Numbered from the stretch's first letter, positions 1 to 12,649 are shown. The stretch is DNA of 64,000 nucleotides from Amoebophrya sp. A120 (GCA_905178155.1 CAJINV010000008.1:1-64000), one strand, 5' to 3'. Program-made: numbers and translations. Notes: a model not told the origin generated them from the letters alone.

Positions 1-139
1 CGTAGTTTGTCATGCAGAATAGGCAACACCTAGAAGCTCAGAAACTTGGCATGCTGAGCCAGCAATTGTGGCCTCCTGTCCTCATGATACGCAACACAGC
101 ATCACAAGTTTCCAGACCCAGACACTTTTACATTTGATA
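1..139. mobile_element. Introner family A, right end only (truncated by window)
   Basis: Ends ttccagacccagacacttttacatttgata, the same terminus as the elements at 7054-7318 and 55163-55431; contains ttgtcatgc and gcatcacaa motifs. Confidence 0.85.
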
Positions 140-1329
140 CACCGTGACCAGGAAGTCGAAGCGCTTCGAGACCACGAGGCGCTGCATGAGCGAAATGTCC
201 TTCCGGCCCCGCAGGGCGCGTCGCTCTTTCACCAAGTTGTTGGCCGCGGGGTTCAGTGCATCGATCTTCTGCAGCCGCTCGTCGCGATATGACAGTGCAC
301 AACTCCCCCTCCCCCTCGTCGTTTGTATTGCATGGCGTGTAGGTGTAATACAAGCGCCAGCAAGAATGCAGGTTTTGCATGACGAATTTCCACAAGATTG
401 TAGTACTATTTGGGCTGCCACCAGAGCCTGAACCTGTCATGCAAACAGTGCCAAGAGGCAAAGGGTGAGTTTGGTCTTTTGCATGACAAGTGAGGGGGAG
501 GGGGAGTTGTGCACTGTCATATGCGAAGTTTCCGTGCCTTTTCCTTGATGGTTTTCGCAGCCCGCTTGGCGGCCATGGCACTCGCCATGGACATGCCCGC
601 TGAGTTGCTCGCCGTGGAGTCCAGGCGGGAGGGAGCTAAATTAGGGATAGTGCCAGAAGATTGAAAGTGCACTAGTGCGGATTTTGGTTTCGCGGGGGAA
701 GCGTCTTGACCTTGTCCGGCCGGGTTCGCAGTCGCCGTCGCGGTTGTGTTCGTCGCTGCAGGAGACGAAGGAGATGGATCAGTCGTATCAGCATCCGTTA
801 CAGCTGCGGACCTTCCATCACCATCAGAGAGGGCCGAAGCGCCTGATGACGTAGTGCCCTTTAATATACTCGGCTTTATTGGTGAATAATCACCTGCTGT
901 ACCACTAACAGTAGAATTCGCTTCCGCTTTGACCGATCCAGTAGCAGTACTGGGCTCCCCTCCAAGATTGGTCTTTGCTATTTCCCCAGACGGGGGAGAA
1001 GGCTCTGGTGGTGCTTTTCTTGGTACAACTATCGAATTAGAATTGGTCTTTACCGCAGGAGGGGATCCACTCGTCGCATCGGGAGCATTTGCAGACGGAG
1101 CCGGTCCTTTGTTATTGTTAGCACCGCCCTTTGGAGCAGGTATCCTCCCACTTTCAAACGACGCAAGTGGCGGCATGTTGGCCTTTTTGTTGTCAGGTGC
1201 AGCATTTCTTTGCTTGGAGCTGCCGCTACCATCGCCTTCCAAGAATTGCTTCGAGCTGCTATCGCCCGTTCTTGTCTGGTAAGCCTCGGGGGCTTTCTTG
1301 GATGTGGAATCGCCTGCGCTCTGCGTCAT
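1..1329 (-). CDS. 5' part of a probable ion-transport (voltage-gated channel-like) protein; runs off the window
   Basis: ORF 517-1329 (low-complexity N-terminus, ...KEKARKLR) joins in frame to DERLQKIDALNP...MQRLVVSKRFDFLVTV (287-140) after removing element 288-521 plus one repeat. LVVSKRFDFLVT resembles the pre-S1/S1 start of ion-transport domains; that resemblance is the only support for the product call. Confidence 0.5.
288..521. mobile_element. Introner family B (234 bp)
   Basis: Perfect 30-bp TIR tatgacagtgcacaactccccctccccctc; flanks cgcga/tgcga (4/5); removal restores frame; homologous to 51588-51807. Confidence 0.93.
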
Positions 1330-2763
1330 TTTCGGACAATATCACTGGCCTTGTGTTGCTGTTGAAGTAGGTACAACACTTGTCGGACAACTTCGACTAC
1401 CTCACTGCGGTCCGAGCGTCGACGCCATTCTGTGGTTGTGGCATCAAGAACGGCAGATAACCAACCCACATGGGCAAAATTATGCTAATGTACTTGTCGT
1501 CGCCGTGAACCACAACAACATGAATGGGCTAAACTACCTACTAAATAAAAGTTGCTCACGGATACCGATACGGAACGTAGACTAGGTAATAAAGTAGTCA
1601 CATGTTGTGGTAGAGCGAGAGGCAGATGGGGAATATGATATCGTATGGGGTCATTTGTAAATTCACATTCAGGAGGTAGGCCTGTAAAAAGGACGACGCA
1701 CGCAACCATGAGTAGAAAGAGTTTGATGGTTCTTGGAAAGTCTTCGCAATGTGTTCGAAAGTAGAACGAACGACGAGATGAGATGTCAGCTGCACGCTGG
1801 CTGAACGGACGTGCTGGTTTGTACGATGTCCTGGCGCGCAGGCACACTAGGCGATATAACGGGAACTTGTGTGCGAAGATGGACGACCGACGGCACACAT
1901 TTGATGCACCGAAGGCTTCTTTATTGAGAAGCAGTACGATCGCCGATGAGTTGTACGACAGTGTATAGCGTTTGTAGTTCGACGTCGAAAGTTAAGTAAT
2001 GCCAGCACACCAGTTCTTGTTGCAGTAGGTGGCAGCCGCAGCAGGAACGAACCGAAAACTCGATTTATCATTTTGGAGACTTGGTTGCACTTTCGTTCTT
2101 TGACAAAGTAAGCATCGCTACCGAGGGGAGCGTGGAAAATTATCATCCACGAGAACCGAAAAAGCAAAAAATCTTGCAAACATCTGAGATGCATCGAGCT
2201 GAGTGGCTGATGTATATCTACCTATGTTCCACAGACACATCATGACAGGATCGGATACTTCTTCTACTTATGCGAACAGATCTAATCTTCATCTGCATCG
2301 CAGCAGATAGTCCACTTAACCATAGACTCTTTTTGGTGTGGTTTGTCACTGCGCAGAAAACAGAATCTGCGAATGCTAAAAATGGACGCGTCTCTTGATG
2401 TGAAATACACGTCAAGATGAATTGTCCTAACAGCGCTGGAAATTAACACAAAAGGAATCAAGGCAACCTCGATATGGCACACTCTGGACCACGTAGGTTC
2501 GAGGCTATCCCTTTTCCTGTTCTGAAAAACGAAAAAAGCTCTGTCCACTAGTTGATATGCAAACAGGTGGCAGTAGAAAGTAGCGCGAAACGAGTTTCAA
2601 TAAACGAAGGCAGGCACCTCAAATGCAAACGTATAGACCACAACAAATGCGTTTAAAAAAGTATGTGAATGACATGGAGTAAGTACGCAAACTGCTGGGG
2701 GCTGTTAGTGCTATCGGTGTGGATCACCTAAGTCTACTTTAACTTTTTCATCAACTGGTGCTT

Positions 2764-5406
2764 CTACATCTTGCGCCGTTTTGCGTCTGGCGGCTGCAGC
2801 GAAGAAGCAGGTGTGACATTTTGCGAGGCAGCTTCTCTTGGAGACGAGGCGGATCCTGCCAGTTGTAGCGCAGGCATGACAGGAAAAGTCGCCCCGGCGT
2901 CCCCGCTGTTGCTCGTTTTCGGTGGCTATGCGATGCAAATATCACTCCGTCACTCCGGGTTGTTAGGATTCTCGTTGAAAAGAAACACTTGATCATGACA
3001 ATAAGAAAGCGGAAGCGCTCATGCAGTTGTCATAATTGGACGTTCAAGCACGGGATTATGGTTTGATCATGTTCATGTTGCATTTTTGAATTTTCAGCGA
3101 AAAAAACATCAAGAATGAAATAACGTCCGCATGATATTAAAGTTGATTCGCTTTCGAGAATGACGGAGGTAATATTGTTTGCGTTCGATAGAGGCATGCT
3201 GGGCGAGTGGTGGCTCCTGCGGCGGACATCGGGGGAGTGCAGCGACTCGGTGGCGTGCTGCCGCCGCATGTGCGGTGAGGATATGCCGCACATCTTCTCC
3301 GGCTGTAAAATTTCGTCCACCTGGGACTTGTTCAGAAATCCCTTCTCCACCACGACTTCGCCGACAGCCCGGTTTTCCTTCAGCGCCGTCTTCGCCACCA
3401 GGGAGGCGTTCTTGTAGCCGATGGTGGGCAGCAGGGACGTGACGATCCCGATGGAGTTGTGCACCAGCTCCCGGCAGCGGTCCTCGTTGGCGCCGATGCC
3501 GTCCACACACCGGAGGCGCAGCGTGTCCATGCCCTTGCTGAGCACCTGCATCATCATGAAGATGGAGTGTATGATCACGGGTTCGAACACGTTCAGCTCG
3601 AGCTGCCCGGCCTCGGACGCCATCACCACCGTGTTGTCCATGCCAATCACCTGGAACGAGCACATGCTCATCACCTCCGGGATCACCGGGTTCACCTTGC
3701 CCGGCATGATGCTGCTCCCGGGCGCCATGTCCGGGAGGTGGATTTCGTTGAAGCCGCACCGGGGCCCGGACGCGAGCAGCCGCAGGTCGTTGCAGATCTT
3801 GGAGATCTTGACCGCCACGCGGCGGAGGATCCCGCTGAAGAACAGCATGGCGCCCACGGAGCTGCTGGCCTCGATCAGGTCCGGGGCGAGCTGGATGGGG
3901 AGCCCGGTCACCCGCTTCAGCTCCTCGACGGCGGTCTCGCTGAATCGCGGGTCCGCGGCAATCTTCGTGCCGATCGCCGTGCCGCCCAGGTTGCAGAAGC
4001 AGAACCGGTCCACGCCCTTGGTGACCTCTTCCAAGTCGTACCCAATCGTCGTGGCGTAGCCGTTAAACTCCTGGCCCAGCGTCATCGGCACGGCGTCCTG
4101 CAGCTGGGTGCGGCCCATCTTCACGACGCTGCAAAATTCTTCGGCCTTGTTCAAAAAGGACTGCCGCAGCTGCTCCATGGACTTCACTAAATGCTTGTGC
4201 ATGTGGTGGATGGCAATCTTGGCGCTGGTTGGGTACGTGTCGTTGGTCGACTGGGCCTTGTTCACGTGGTCATTCGGGTGGCAGAACTGGTAGTCGCCCT
4301 TCTTCTTGCCCATGATTTCCAGGGCCCGGTTCGCAATCACCTCGTTGGCGTTCATGTTGGTGGACGTCCCGGCGCCGCCTTGCACCTATCCTGTGCAAAA
4401 GTATCGTACTCCTAGTCATTGCAGTCATGCATGACAAGTCTGGTTCGTTCCTTAGCTTATTCAGCATTACAAATTCCATTTTTCCTTCTGGAAAAATTTG
4501 TGATGCTATTTCTACTAGTACGATACTTTTGCAATGCATAGCACCATGTCTACCACGAAACTGTACCGCAGGTTCCGCATGATGTCCGCCTTCTCGGGCT
4601 CCTTCTCCTCGTACCGCTTATCCTGCAGAAAAGCACAACACCCAGCAATATTCAAAAATACTTATTTGCGATTTGCAGCTGTCTCAAGTGTGGTCACAAA
4701 GAATGGTCTCTTTTTGCCGGCTTTTCAAGAACGTGACGAATTTTATTTCAAGTCCTGGACTACTTGATGACTCCAGCTACAGGTCCGCATCTTTACACTC
4801 TCCATCTTTTATTTTAATTACAACAGTATGACCACAGAAATAAATTGCCTCGCTAGTGGCTCAGCATTGCAAGAAAAGGCTATCGGGACGGGAGAACAGC
4901 GAAACACAAATTCAATTTTTTCTGGTGTAGGAGTAGGTATGCTTTTCTCTAGGATAGTGGTCCGGGTCCTCGATGAGCTCGTCGCAGGCCTGCACGATCG
5001 CGACCATGATTTTTTTGTCAAGCCCACCGAGGCGATGGTTGGCCAGCGCACAGGACTTTTTCACCTGCGCAAATGCAGTGATAAACGAGGGGAACTGCCG
5101 CAGCAGCATACCGGTGATCTGGTAGTTATCCACCGCACGCAGGGTTTGCACGCCGTAGTAGGCGCCGACGGGCACTTCGCGCTCGCCGATCAGATCGCGC
5201 TCCAAGCGGGTCGGCCCCGTGATGGAGACCGGACACCCGCCGTGGCGCCCGTGACGCTGAAACGACAATCCTACACTCTCAGCCGCGGATCCGCCTGCCG
5301 ATACATTGCTGTGGCGGGCCGGGACGTTGTGGTCTACCGACAGGTGCTGGTGCGTTCGCGGCGGAGAGCCAGGCTTGGTCGGCTGGCCTGCGGGTGCGCT
5401 CGACAT
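2764..5406 (-). CDS. aspA: Aspartate ammonia-lyase (aspartase), 4 exons
   Basis: Motifs GEREVP..AYYGVQTLRA, VDMVQGGAGTSTNMNANEVIAN, HPNDHVNKAQSTND, KMGRTQLQDA, GSSIMPGKVNP. Exons ~5406-4957, ~4618-4545, 4385-~3191 and ~2925-2764. The last exon (...PPDAKRRKM*) is inferred from frame only. Confidence 0.92.
2927..3190. mobile_element. Decayed introner (264 bp) forming the last aspA intron
   Basis: Starts tatgcgatgcaaa, ends tttgcgttcgata; flanks gtggc/gaggc (4/5); residual catgacaa and ttgtcat motifs; removal gives in-frame SPSMPPKTSNS. Confidence 0.6.
4387..4540. mobile_element. Introner family C (154 bp)
   Basis: Ends tatcctgtgcaaaagtatcgtact ... agtacgatacttttgcaatgcata; perfect DR gcacc; removal gives VVDMVQGGAGTS. 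Can be excised as a GT-AG intron at 4544-4386. Confidence 0.95.
4619..4956. mobile_element. Older introner (338 bp, family E) with eroded TSD
   Basis: TIR tatcctgcagaaaagca / tgcttttctctaggata (15/17). Flanks ccgct/gtggt match only 2/5, but removing element+5 gives in-frame EDPDHYEEKEPEK. Confidence 0.75.
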
Positions 5407-6455
5407 GCTGATGTTCTTTTTTAGATAGTTTAGCAGTTGAAATCAATTCGGCGGCAAGCGCGATGCAAAAAGAAAAAGAAATGGATTTATTTACTATTTC
5501 CAGGAGGTTCTTTAGGTCTTCGGGAAAAGAAGATAGGTGGATCGCACAGATTATACAAGGAAAACTTTTATTGAAGATGAAATAGCGGTTGAGGCGAAAT
5601 TAAATAGCGAAGGATAATGACAAAAGGTGTTCGCTGCTAGGAAGAGCTCCACTAGGTAGAGTAAACTTTGAATGTTAGCAGCCGAAAATGATGCATGTTT
5701 CACATCAAGAGCAAACTGCAGAGAAGGGGGCATTAAAATGGCAGTGTGAACTTTCGATTTTCAAAACCGACAAGCACTATAGTACTTGCCTCTGGCAACC
5801 GATGTGAGCGCTCGTTATTTCCATTTCCTCATTTCGTGGACAAAACAGAAATTTTTTTTTTTACAAAAGCAGGGTCATAAATTTGCTTCAACAGGTTGAC
5901 TACATCGCTGGTATTAAAGTACGTAGATCTGTCTTTATTGAGTAGGCATGCAGGCAACGATGTGACCGAAGGCAAGGGAACCACCTGTGGTATCATCACC
6001 GATAATGAGGATGCTTTTAGTTTCATCTATATCGTTGTCGCGTCGATGGCACATCAGATACATACATCCTAGCTCTTGTAGTTTCCTATCGGAACAACTC
6101 AATGGGTTACAGGAGTGCAACCTCAAGTGTCTATCGCAAGGTGGCCGTTTTTCCGGCATTCCTTCCACATTCTTGTAAGTAATCTTTTATGTTGACATCG
6201 AGGAGGCACCGTCGTTATTGTTTCAGGAGTCTCAATTTCTAGGAAGGCAGGGGTTCTGCTACAGGAGCTGCCCTTGTACCGAAGTACTGCGGGTTGCAGC
6301 TCGAGTTTAGAATAAATGTGGGAATTCTACTTTTGTCCACCCTTCGTTTTTCCGCATTTGCGTTGCAGCTTTTCCAATAACAATATCTCCGTCTACTGCG
6401 ACTGTTCGGCTCCTGATTTTGTTGAAGAAACAGAAACACCTTTCGGTTGTTCCTA

Positions 6456-9283
6456 TTAAAGCTCCTCGTCCGAGTCTACGCTCGCTTCTCCACTTTTTTC
6501 TTCGTAACTTTCTTCATCTTGCTTCTGCTGCTCCTCCTCGTCGTCGCTTTCCGCTTCAGAGTCGGTGCCGTCGCCGTTTTGGGCCTTCTTATACTGCTCG
6601 TTCGCACGTCGCAAGTCCTCCTCCTCTTCTGAGTCCCGATCTAGATCCGTTCGTCGCGCCACGTATGCATTGCAAAAGCATCGCACTAGTAGAAATCGCA
6701 TTACAAATTCGGCCCGCATGAGAAATAGAATTTGTCATGCTGTTTCACCTTGGAATAGAGAATTGTAATGCATGATTGCGATTACTACAAATACGATACA
6801 GTAGTTGCACAGGCTACCACAGTTTCCTCATAAATTTCGCGCATGTTGTAGTTGTACCGTTTCTGGTATCCTGTGCAAAAGTACCGCATTCGTACTATAT
6901 CGCATTGATGCATTACAAATTTCCTTCTCAAGCTAAATGCGCATTAGAAATTCCACTTCTCATGATGAGGAAATCTGTCATGCGATTTATACTACTACGA
7001 TACTTGTGCAGTGCATATCTGGTACCGCCTCTTCATCAGTTCGCGCACGCTACTATCAAATGTAAAAGTGTCTGGGTCTGGAAGATTCTGAGAAATGTCA
7101 TGCATGTTTTGCATGACCCAGGATGTCTGTAATGCACGACCGCGCATCACAGATTTTGCGCTGGCTTCCTGATGGCTACTCCGCATGACAAATGCCCTCC
7201 CCGCGTAGCACAAAGTAGACTCCTCGTCTTGCTGGTCATGCAATACAGATTTTTCTAGAGTCCAAGGTTAGCATCACAAGTTCCAATCTTCCAGACCCAG
7301 ACATTTTTACATTTGATAGCTCCCCAAGACCCCCTCGTCGAAAAAGGTCACATCGTGAAACACCATGCGTATGGATTGCAAAAATGTCTGGGTCTGGAAG
7401 GATGCGAACTTGTGATGCGTGTTGCGGATCATACAAAAATCTGTGTTGCGTGACTTTCAAAAGGTCCCCATTTCTGGCCATTCTGAGAGGGCATTTCTCA
7501 TGCAGAATAGGCATCACCAAGGGGCTCCAGAACCTGTGATGCCAGGCCCTGCATTCCAGACTTGGCGGAGCTTGGAAAAACTGCATGACAAGTCTCGGAA
7601 TCTTCCAGACCCAGACATTTTTGCAATGCATAATGCGACTACCGTCCTCCCTCGGTGGCAGCGGCGTGCAAACCGTCTCGTTCGTCGGCAGGCTAGCCTT
7701 CGGCCGCGTTTTGGAGAGGTCCGGGATGGTGTCCAGGTTCTCCGCCCAATGAAAATCATCCTGCCGACTCCACCTTGTCGATACAATTACAAGTGCCTTA
7801 TAGAGGTTTTCAACACGACTGGCACACGCACAGACACACACACGTGCGGCATCGAGAAAGGTCATGATGCATGATCAGCAATTTTGTCCTGCGTGAGGAC
7901 TTGGCCATTTAAGTACGGTTTACAGAAGGTTTCTTTGTGTTTGTAGTTTCTCATGTGAAGATAGAAGAGTACAACTTACCAAACGTTGACCGCCAGATTG
8001 CGGGTTCCCCCAGAATTGACCTGGTGAAACCAGCCGTTGGGAATGAAGAGAATGTCGCCCTTGTACATCGTCAGCCGTTGCTTCGGCACGTGAAAAAATT
8101 TGGGGTGCTTTTTCAGGTTCACCCGATCTTGGTTGATCCTGGAGTAGCCCCCCTTGATCGCAATTTCGCGGGCAAACTTGGGGTCGATCAGCGTGACGAG
8201 CTTGCTGCCCTCCTGGAGCATGAGAAAGTTGTCGGCGTCATCTTGGTGCAGCACGGAGCTGGTGCCTCCGCTGGAGAACCAGATGGTCATCGACTGATAC
8301 AGGTTTTCCTCGCAAGCCAGCATTCTGGGGATTTCCACATCGCTCTGCAACCTCTCCTCCGCAGATAACTTCTTTTTCGATGAACTAGATTTGGCGGCTC
8401 TGGTTCTTTTGGAAGATTTGAGGTCGAGCATCTTGCGGTTGTGCAGCACAAATTCGGGCGGCGCGCCGTCCTTCGCCTTTTTCCCCTTCGGGCCCTTCAC
8501 CGCGAACGCTTTCATCAGCCCCGCAGGACTTTGGCCGAACTCCGGGACCGCCTCGGTGCCGATGATGGCATACAGATCCTCCACGTCCTTGCGTTTGATG
8601 AAGTCCTTGAACAGCATCTGTGCTCGGGGCCCGCCCCGGACCTCCGATTTGGATCGTTCCGCATTCACAACAATTTTGCCGATCTTTTTGTCCTTTGCAA
8701 AGTACTGGTCGGTCCACTTCTCCAAGAAGGGGTTGCGGAAGTTCGCGTTCCGGAACAGCACCGGCTGGTGGTGTCGGGCGTACTTCTCGTAAAATTCTGC
8801 CCAGTCGATTTCGCCTGATACCACCGGCACTGTGTTGGTCGTCGCGGGAAAGTCCGCCATTGGCGCCCCGTCTAGTTCGTGGAATTTCTTTTTACCGCCC
8901 GAGGATTTAGTATCCTCCTCATCGTCCTCATTCTCCTCCTCTATTGCCTCCGGGATCTTCTTCGTGCTGCTCGGGCGATCGTTTGAGTTTGTGGCTTTCT
9001 TCGATTTTTCTGCGTCACTGGTGGCACTTGCTGCCTTTTTGCCACCGCTATCCTTTTGCTTGTTCTGTTTCTTTTTCGCCTTTTTTTCACTTTTGGCTTG
9101 CTTCGCACTCTTTTTTTTCGCACCACTTTTTTTGCCGACAACTTCCAGGGTGGGAAGTTGCTCCTGTGATGTGCACAGCTCGTGAAATGGACGCAACAGA
9201 GACACGATCACGAACGAAGTAGCTACAGCACGAGTCACGAAGCCACCAGTCGCACGAGGCAAGTAGCTTGCCATGCCCGACAT
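6456..9283 (-). CDS. JmjC/cupin-8 domain 2-oxoglutarate oxygenase, probable secretory-pathway protein ending DEEL
   Basis: ORF 7976-9283 has a hydrophobic N-terminus, PVLFRN, SVLHQDDADN and GDILFIPNGWFHQV (HxD...H triad). A GT-AG intron (7979-7774) and four introners follow; the spliced tail reads NVWWSRQDDF...GSRMVFHDVTFFDEGVLGSVRELMKRRYQKRYNYNMREIYEETVARRTDLD...SDEEL*. Confidence 0.88.
6664..6816. mobile_element. Introner family C, reverse orientation, diverged (153 bp)
   Basis: Starts tatgcattgcaaaagcatcgcactag, ends tgcacaggcta (ATA end mutated to CTA); flanks ccacg/ccaca; removal restores frame. Confidence 0.85.
6867..7017. mobile_element. Introner family C (151 bp)
   Basis: tatcctgtgcaaaagtac ... 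gatacttgtgcagtgcata; perfect DR tctgg. Confidence 0.92.
7054..7318. mobile_element. Introner family A (265 bp)
   Basis: TIR tatcaaatgtaaaagtgtctgggtctggaagatt / aatcttccagacccagacatttttacatttgata; flanks gctac/gctcc. Confidence 0.94.
7370..7632. mobile_element. Introner family A variant with C-like tips (263 bp)
   Basis: tatggattgcaaaaatgtctgggtctggaag ... cttccagacccagacatttttgcaatgcata; perfect DR atgcg. Confidence 0.94.
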
Positions 9284-9983
9284 GATTTGGATTTGCCTGC
9301 AAAAAACGCCTTATATAGAGGATCTGGTTTCTGGTATTTTTAGTACTCTTTTCTCTGCTGCTTCCTATAATTCTCTGTTCAATGATGCAATGGGAAATCT
9401 GAACCTTCGCGTTCTCCTTGACATCTCGGGATCCTTGCACGAAGATAACGCTAGGAATGAATGAACACGTACTTAGTTGGAGGACACACTGGCCCCGTCT
9501 TCCACCTTGTTGCAACTCCAAGAACAAAACTCCGTGAACGAAGTGATCACTTAGAAGTACTGACGGCGGGACCTCTTCTGTGTCAACATATTATCGTTGG
9601 TACTTTACTATGTATCGTGGCATCTGTCTCGGCGACCGCGTGAAAGAAGCCGTGACTTTTGTCAGAAAAATCGTCACATGTTCGGCGGGGGACGGGGGCG
9701 TCTTCACCATTTATTCGATGCGAGAACACGTGGATCCCAGTAATAGCCCCTACTAGTTACTAGGTTCGCGCGCTGTCAAGATTCGCTGGGACATGCTGCA
9801 ACCACATAGTAGAGGTTGTCTTCATGGATATTGTCGCGGAATTTTTTTGTCGCTTGGTGTCGCAGCCAATCGTCGAGCAAAACGGAGCGAAGGCGCTTGC
9901 TTATGCTTTTCCTGTCGTGAGCAGAAAGTAGTTTCTTAGTAGAGGAACAGGGGTCTTCAACAGCTTTTCCTTTTCGCCGACCT

Positions 9984-11779
9984 CTACAAATCCGCATTTT
10001 TGCCTCGCGTATTGCTTTTGCCCACGTGGTCGTCTGATGATGTCTTGAGGTGGGTGCTTTCTCTACTTTCCTTGACAACAGAATCCGCAGCCTCTGCCCA
10101 GTGACTTGCTTCCTCTCCATCTTCTTCGTCGTCGGGAAACAGGCTAGTAGTCGTCCCTGAGCGGCCTGTGCTCGGGTTTTTTTTGCTGGCGTGGACTTCT
10201 TGTGTTCTGTTGCTCTGGTTTTCTGGATCCGAAGACGCTGGCACTTGTTCTCTCCTATCTGAAGATGATGCTGAGCTAGAACCACTTCTTATTTTCGCCG
10301 TTGAGGACGAAGAGGAACTTCCTGAAGCCGCAGCACTGGAAGCAGCACTACCGGCTGCTTGCTCCGCCTGCTCTGCGGCCTCCTCCATTTCGAGATCTTT
10401 GAGTTTCGGCAGCTGAAGGCGAGAGGAAGATTCGGGCGGGGCGATTTTGTTCACGCCCCAATCGATCAGCTCGTCCACCGGCCATCGCAAATCCTCAAGC
10501 TGGAAGCTGCTCCGGGACAACTCATTTCCTGCCGCGTAGAAGAGGAGCAAGAAGAGGGCCCTGATAGATCGATAAATTGAACGTCGTGCTGTACAAGTTC
10601 AAGTGAGTCTACAATTTCACCCGCTTCATGTAAAAATTCCTTCAGGCGACTTTATGGCATGTTGGAAACTAAAAAAATGTCTGATACACTACTAACAACC
10701 GTCGGTGTCGCAGAGCCAGAAGCAAGTGGTTGCTGATCGATGCTGATACAAAAGTATGTCCGACTGCGACAGGAAGATTTGGATCCAAACAAATCAAGAT
10801 CTGGTACCTGAGTATGAGAAAAGCCTCGTCGTCACAGGTTTTCGCGAGAAACCACAACGGACGATGAGCTTCGTACCACGGGAGAGAGTCATCGAACAGA
10901 TTTGGCATGAGCCAAAACTCGAAGCCAATAATCCAGAAGACCAGAAATAGCAGAATGCGTAACCAGCAGAAGACGATGAAACCGACGGAAACAAGGACGG
11001 CACCGTACCAAAGGAATAGCTTGATCCACATAGGCCATACCGGAAAAAGGATCACCATTATCACCGCAAAAACGATGAGAAACTGTAGTGATAGTTTGTG
11101 CTCTATGTGTAGTTTTATGGAATGATCATGAAAACGAATATCGGTATCATCGTCAAGGTCAATGATGAAGGCGGAAAAATGATAAGATGGATACGTAACA
11201 TGTCTAAGCGTTAATAGCTAGTCCTAGTTGTACTATCTTCAGCAAGACACCGAAATTAAAAAATGACAATGAGTAGCACTACTACCAAAACGAAATCGAT
11301 GACTGAGAAAAAAATACCGCGTATAGTCGGTGATAGGGGTCCGGCTTCTCGTAGTTAATGATGTAAAAGTCGTCCTTCCCGAACCAGCCTTCTGCTGTCC
11401 GCACGATGCGTTCTGGCCACTTCTTGGGTTTTGCTGTGGAGCCAAGCGCCTCGTACCGTGCTCGGCTTAGTATCCTGCTGAGCAGCAGCTTGTTCATGAT
11501 TTCTTCCGCCACTGCTGGCGTTATCACTGTCAGCTTGCGCTCCAGCAGCCGACCGAAAACGGCCAGGTAAACCGGGTGCTTCGCCCGGAGCTCTTCCATA
11601 GTGAAACAGTAGTCGCGGCCGCGAAAGTAGGTCACCTTTCTGCGCCCGAGCTCAGACGTTACTTTCACCCCCGTACTCAGGCCGGTTTTTCCGGTCGTGC
11701 GTACCCCGCCCTTGGCCCGGGACAGCAACGTCACCGCGTCTTTCACCGGTTCTGTCCATTCCGGTAATTCTTCCTCCAT
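9984..11779 (-). CDS. SEC62: Translocation protein Sec62, 3 exons
   Basis: Motifs VTYFRGRD, KPKKWP, ILFPVWPMWIKLFLWY, LRILLFLVFW, FWLMPNLFDD. In-frame GT-AG introns at 11317-11083 and 10807-10561. Confidence 0.9.
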
Positions 11780-12649
11780 GATTATCGAGCCAATATATAA
11801 CTTGGTTTTTATCGATTTATGCGTGAGGAGAGCAAACAACACTCAATGCGCTCTGGTGCACAACCACAATATCGCGCTGCTCAACAGAAATATTAATATG
11901 GTGCCAATACTCACGATAGGTCAATTTTCCAAGTGCGAGAGCGAGGGCCAGGGGCCAAAAAAAAAATGTGGAATGATCGGGTGGGAACAGGACTATTCCT
12001 AGAAAATTCCTTTGGAAAATGAAATCGTAATCGATCAAGAAATTATTTTTTTAGGACAAAAGTGAGGGATATATTATTGAGGATCAGTGACAGTGAGCTG
12101 CTGGGGTCGTTTTGGTCTTCAAGTGTAATCGCTGGAACCAAAAATTAAACGACCGAAAGAAGGGTGGAGCTGATTTCTTCTTGTGCGTGCAATGGCCATG
12201 ATCAGGATCTTCTCATCAGAAGGGCGAAGTCTCGGAAGGCGATGGAAAATAAGGCGTCACCAGCTTGGAGACAATTTTTGTTTGTTACTGACGCAAGAGC
12301 CTGCGCATATTTCGTGGCTTTGTCATCTTACACGTGCGATAGCGATCACGCAGGAAATTATGTCGGTCGTCAAAACACTAACCCCAAGCTAAGTATTCAA
12401 ATTATGTTGCTCCTGGCGGACGCGCGCTTCTGCTCGCAAAGCGTGCCGTGACATCTCAGATTTCGACTCTGCGGCGAATCTTCGTTGTAGGCGGTGCCGG
12501 ACAAAAGCATCTTTACTCCTCCCCTTCAACACCAGCAAACATGTTTACGAAAGCCATATTACACAACAAGATGTCAATCAGCAACCTGAGTACTAACTAC
12601 AGTACATTCTTCCATCCCGCGATGAAAGGGACACGACTCGCTTCGCTTC

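Noticed and set aside
3030-4385. Class II fumarase
   Set aside because: It shares GSSIMPGKVNP, but GGAGTSTNMN and QSTND fit aspartase better.
6664-7632. CRISPR-like array of recurring repeats
   Set aside because: The repeats are inverted pairs bounding separate elements, the intervening DNA is in-frame exon, and there are no cas genes.
7419-7874. Recurrent peptides such as LPDPDIF, CKNVWVWK and HCKSIALVE as a protein family
   Set aside because: They are translations of the introner TIRs.
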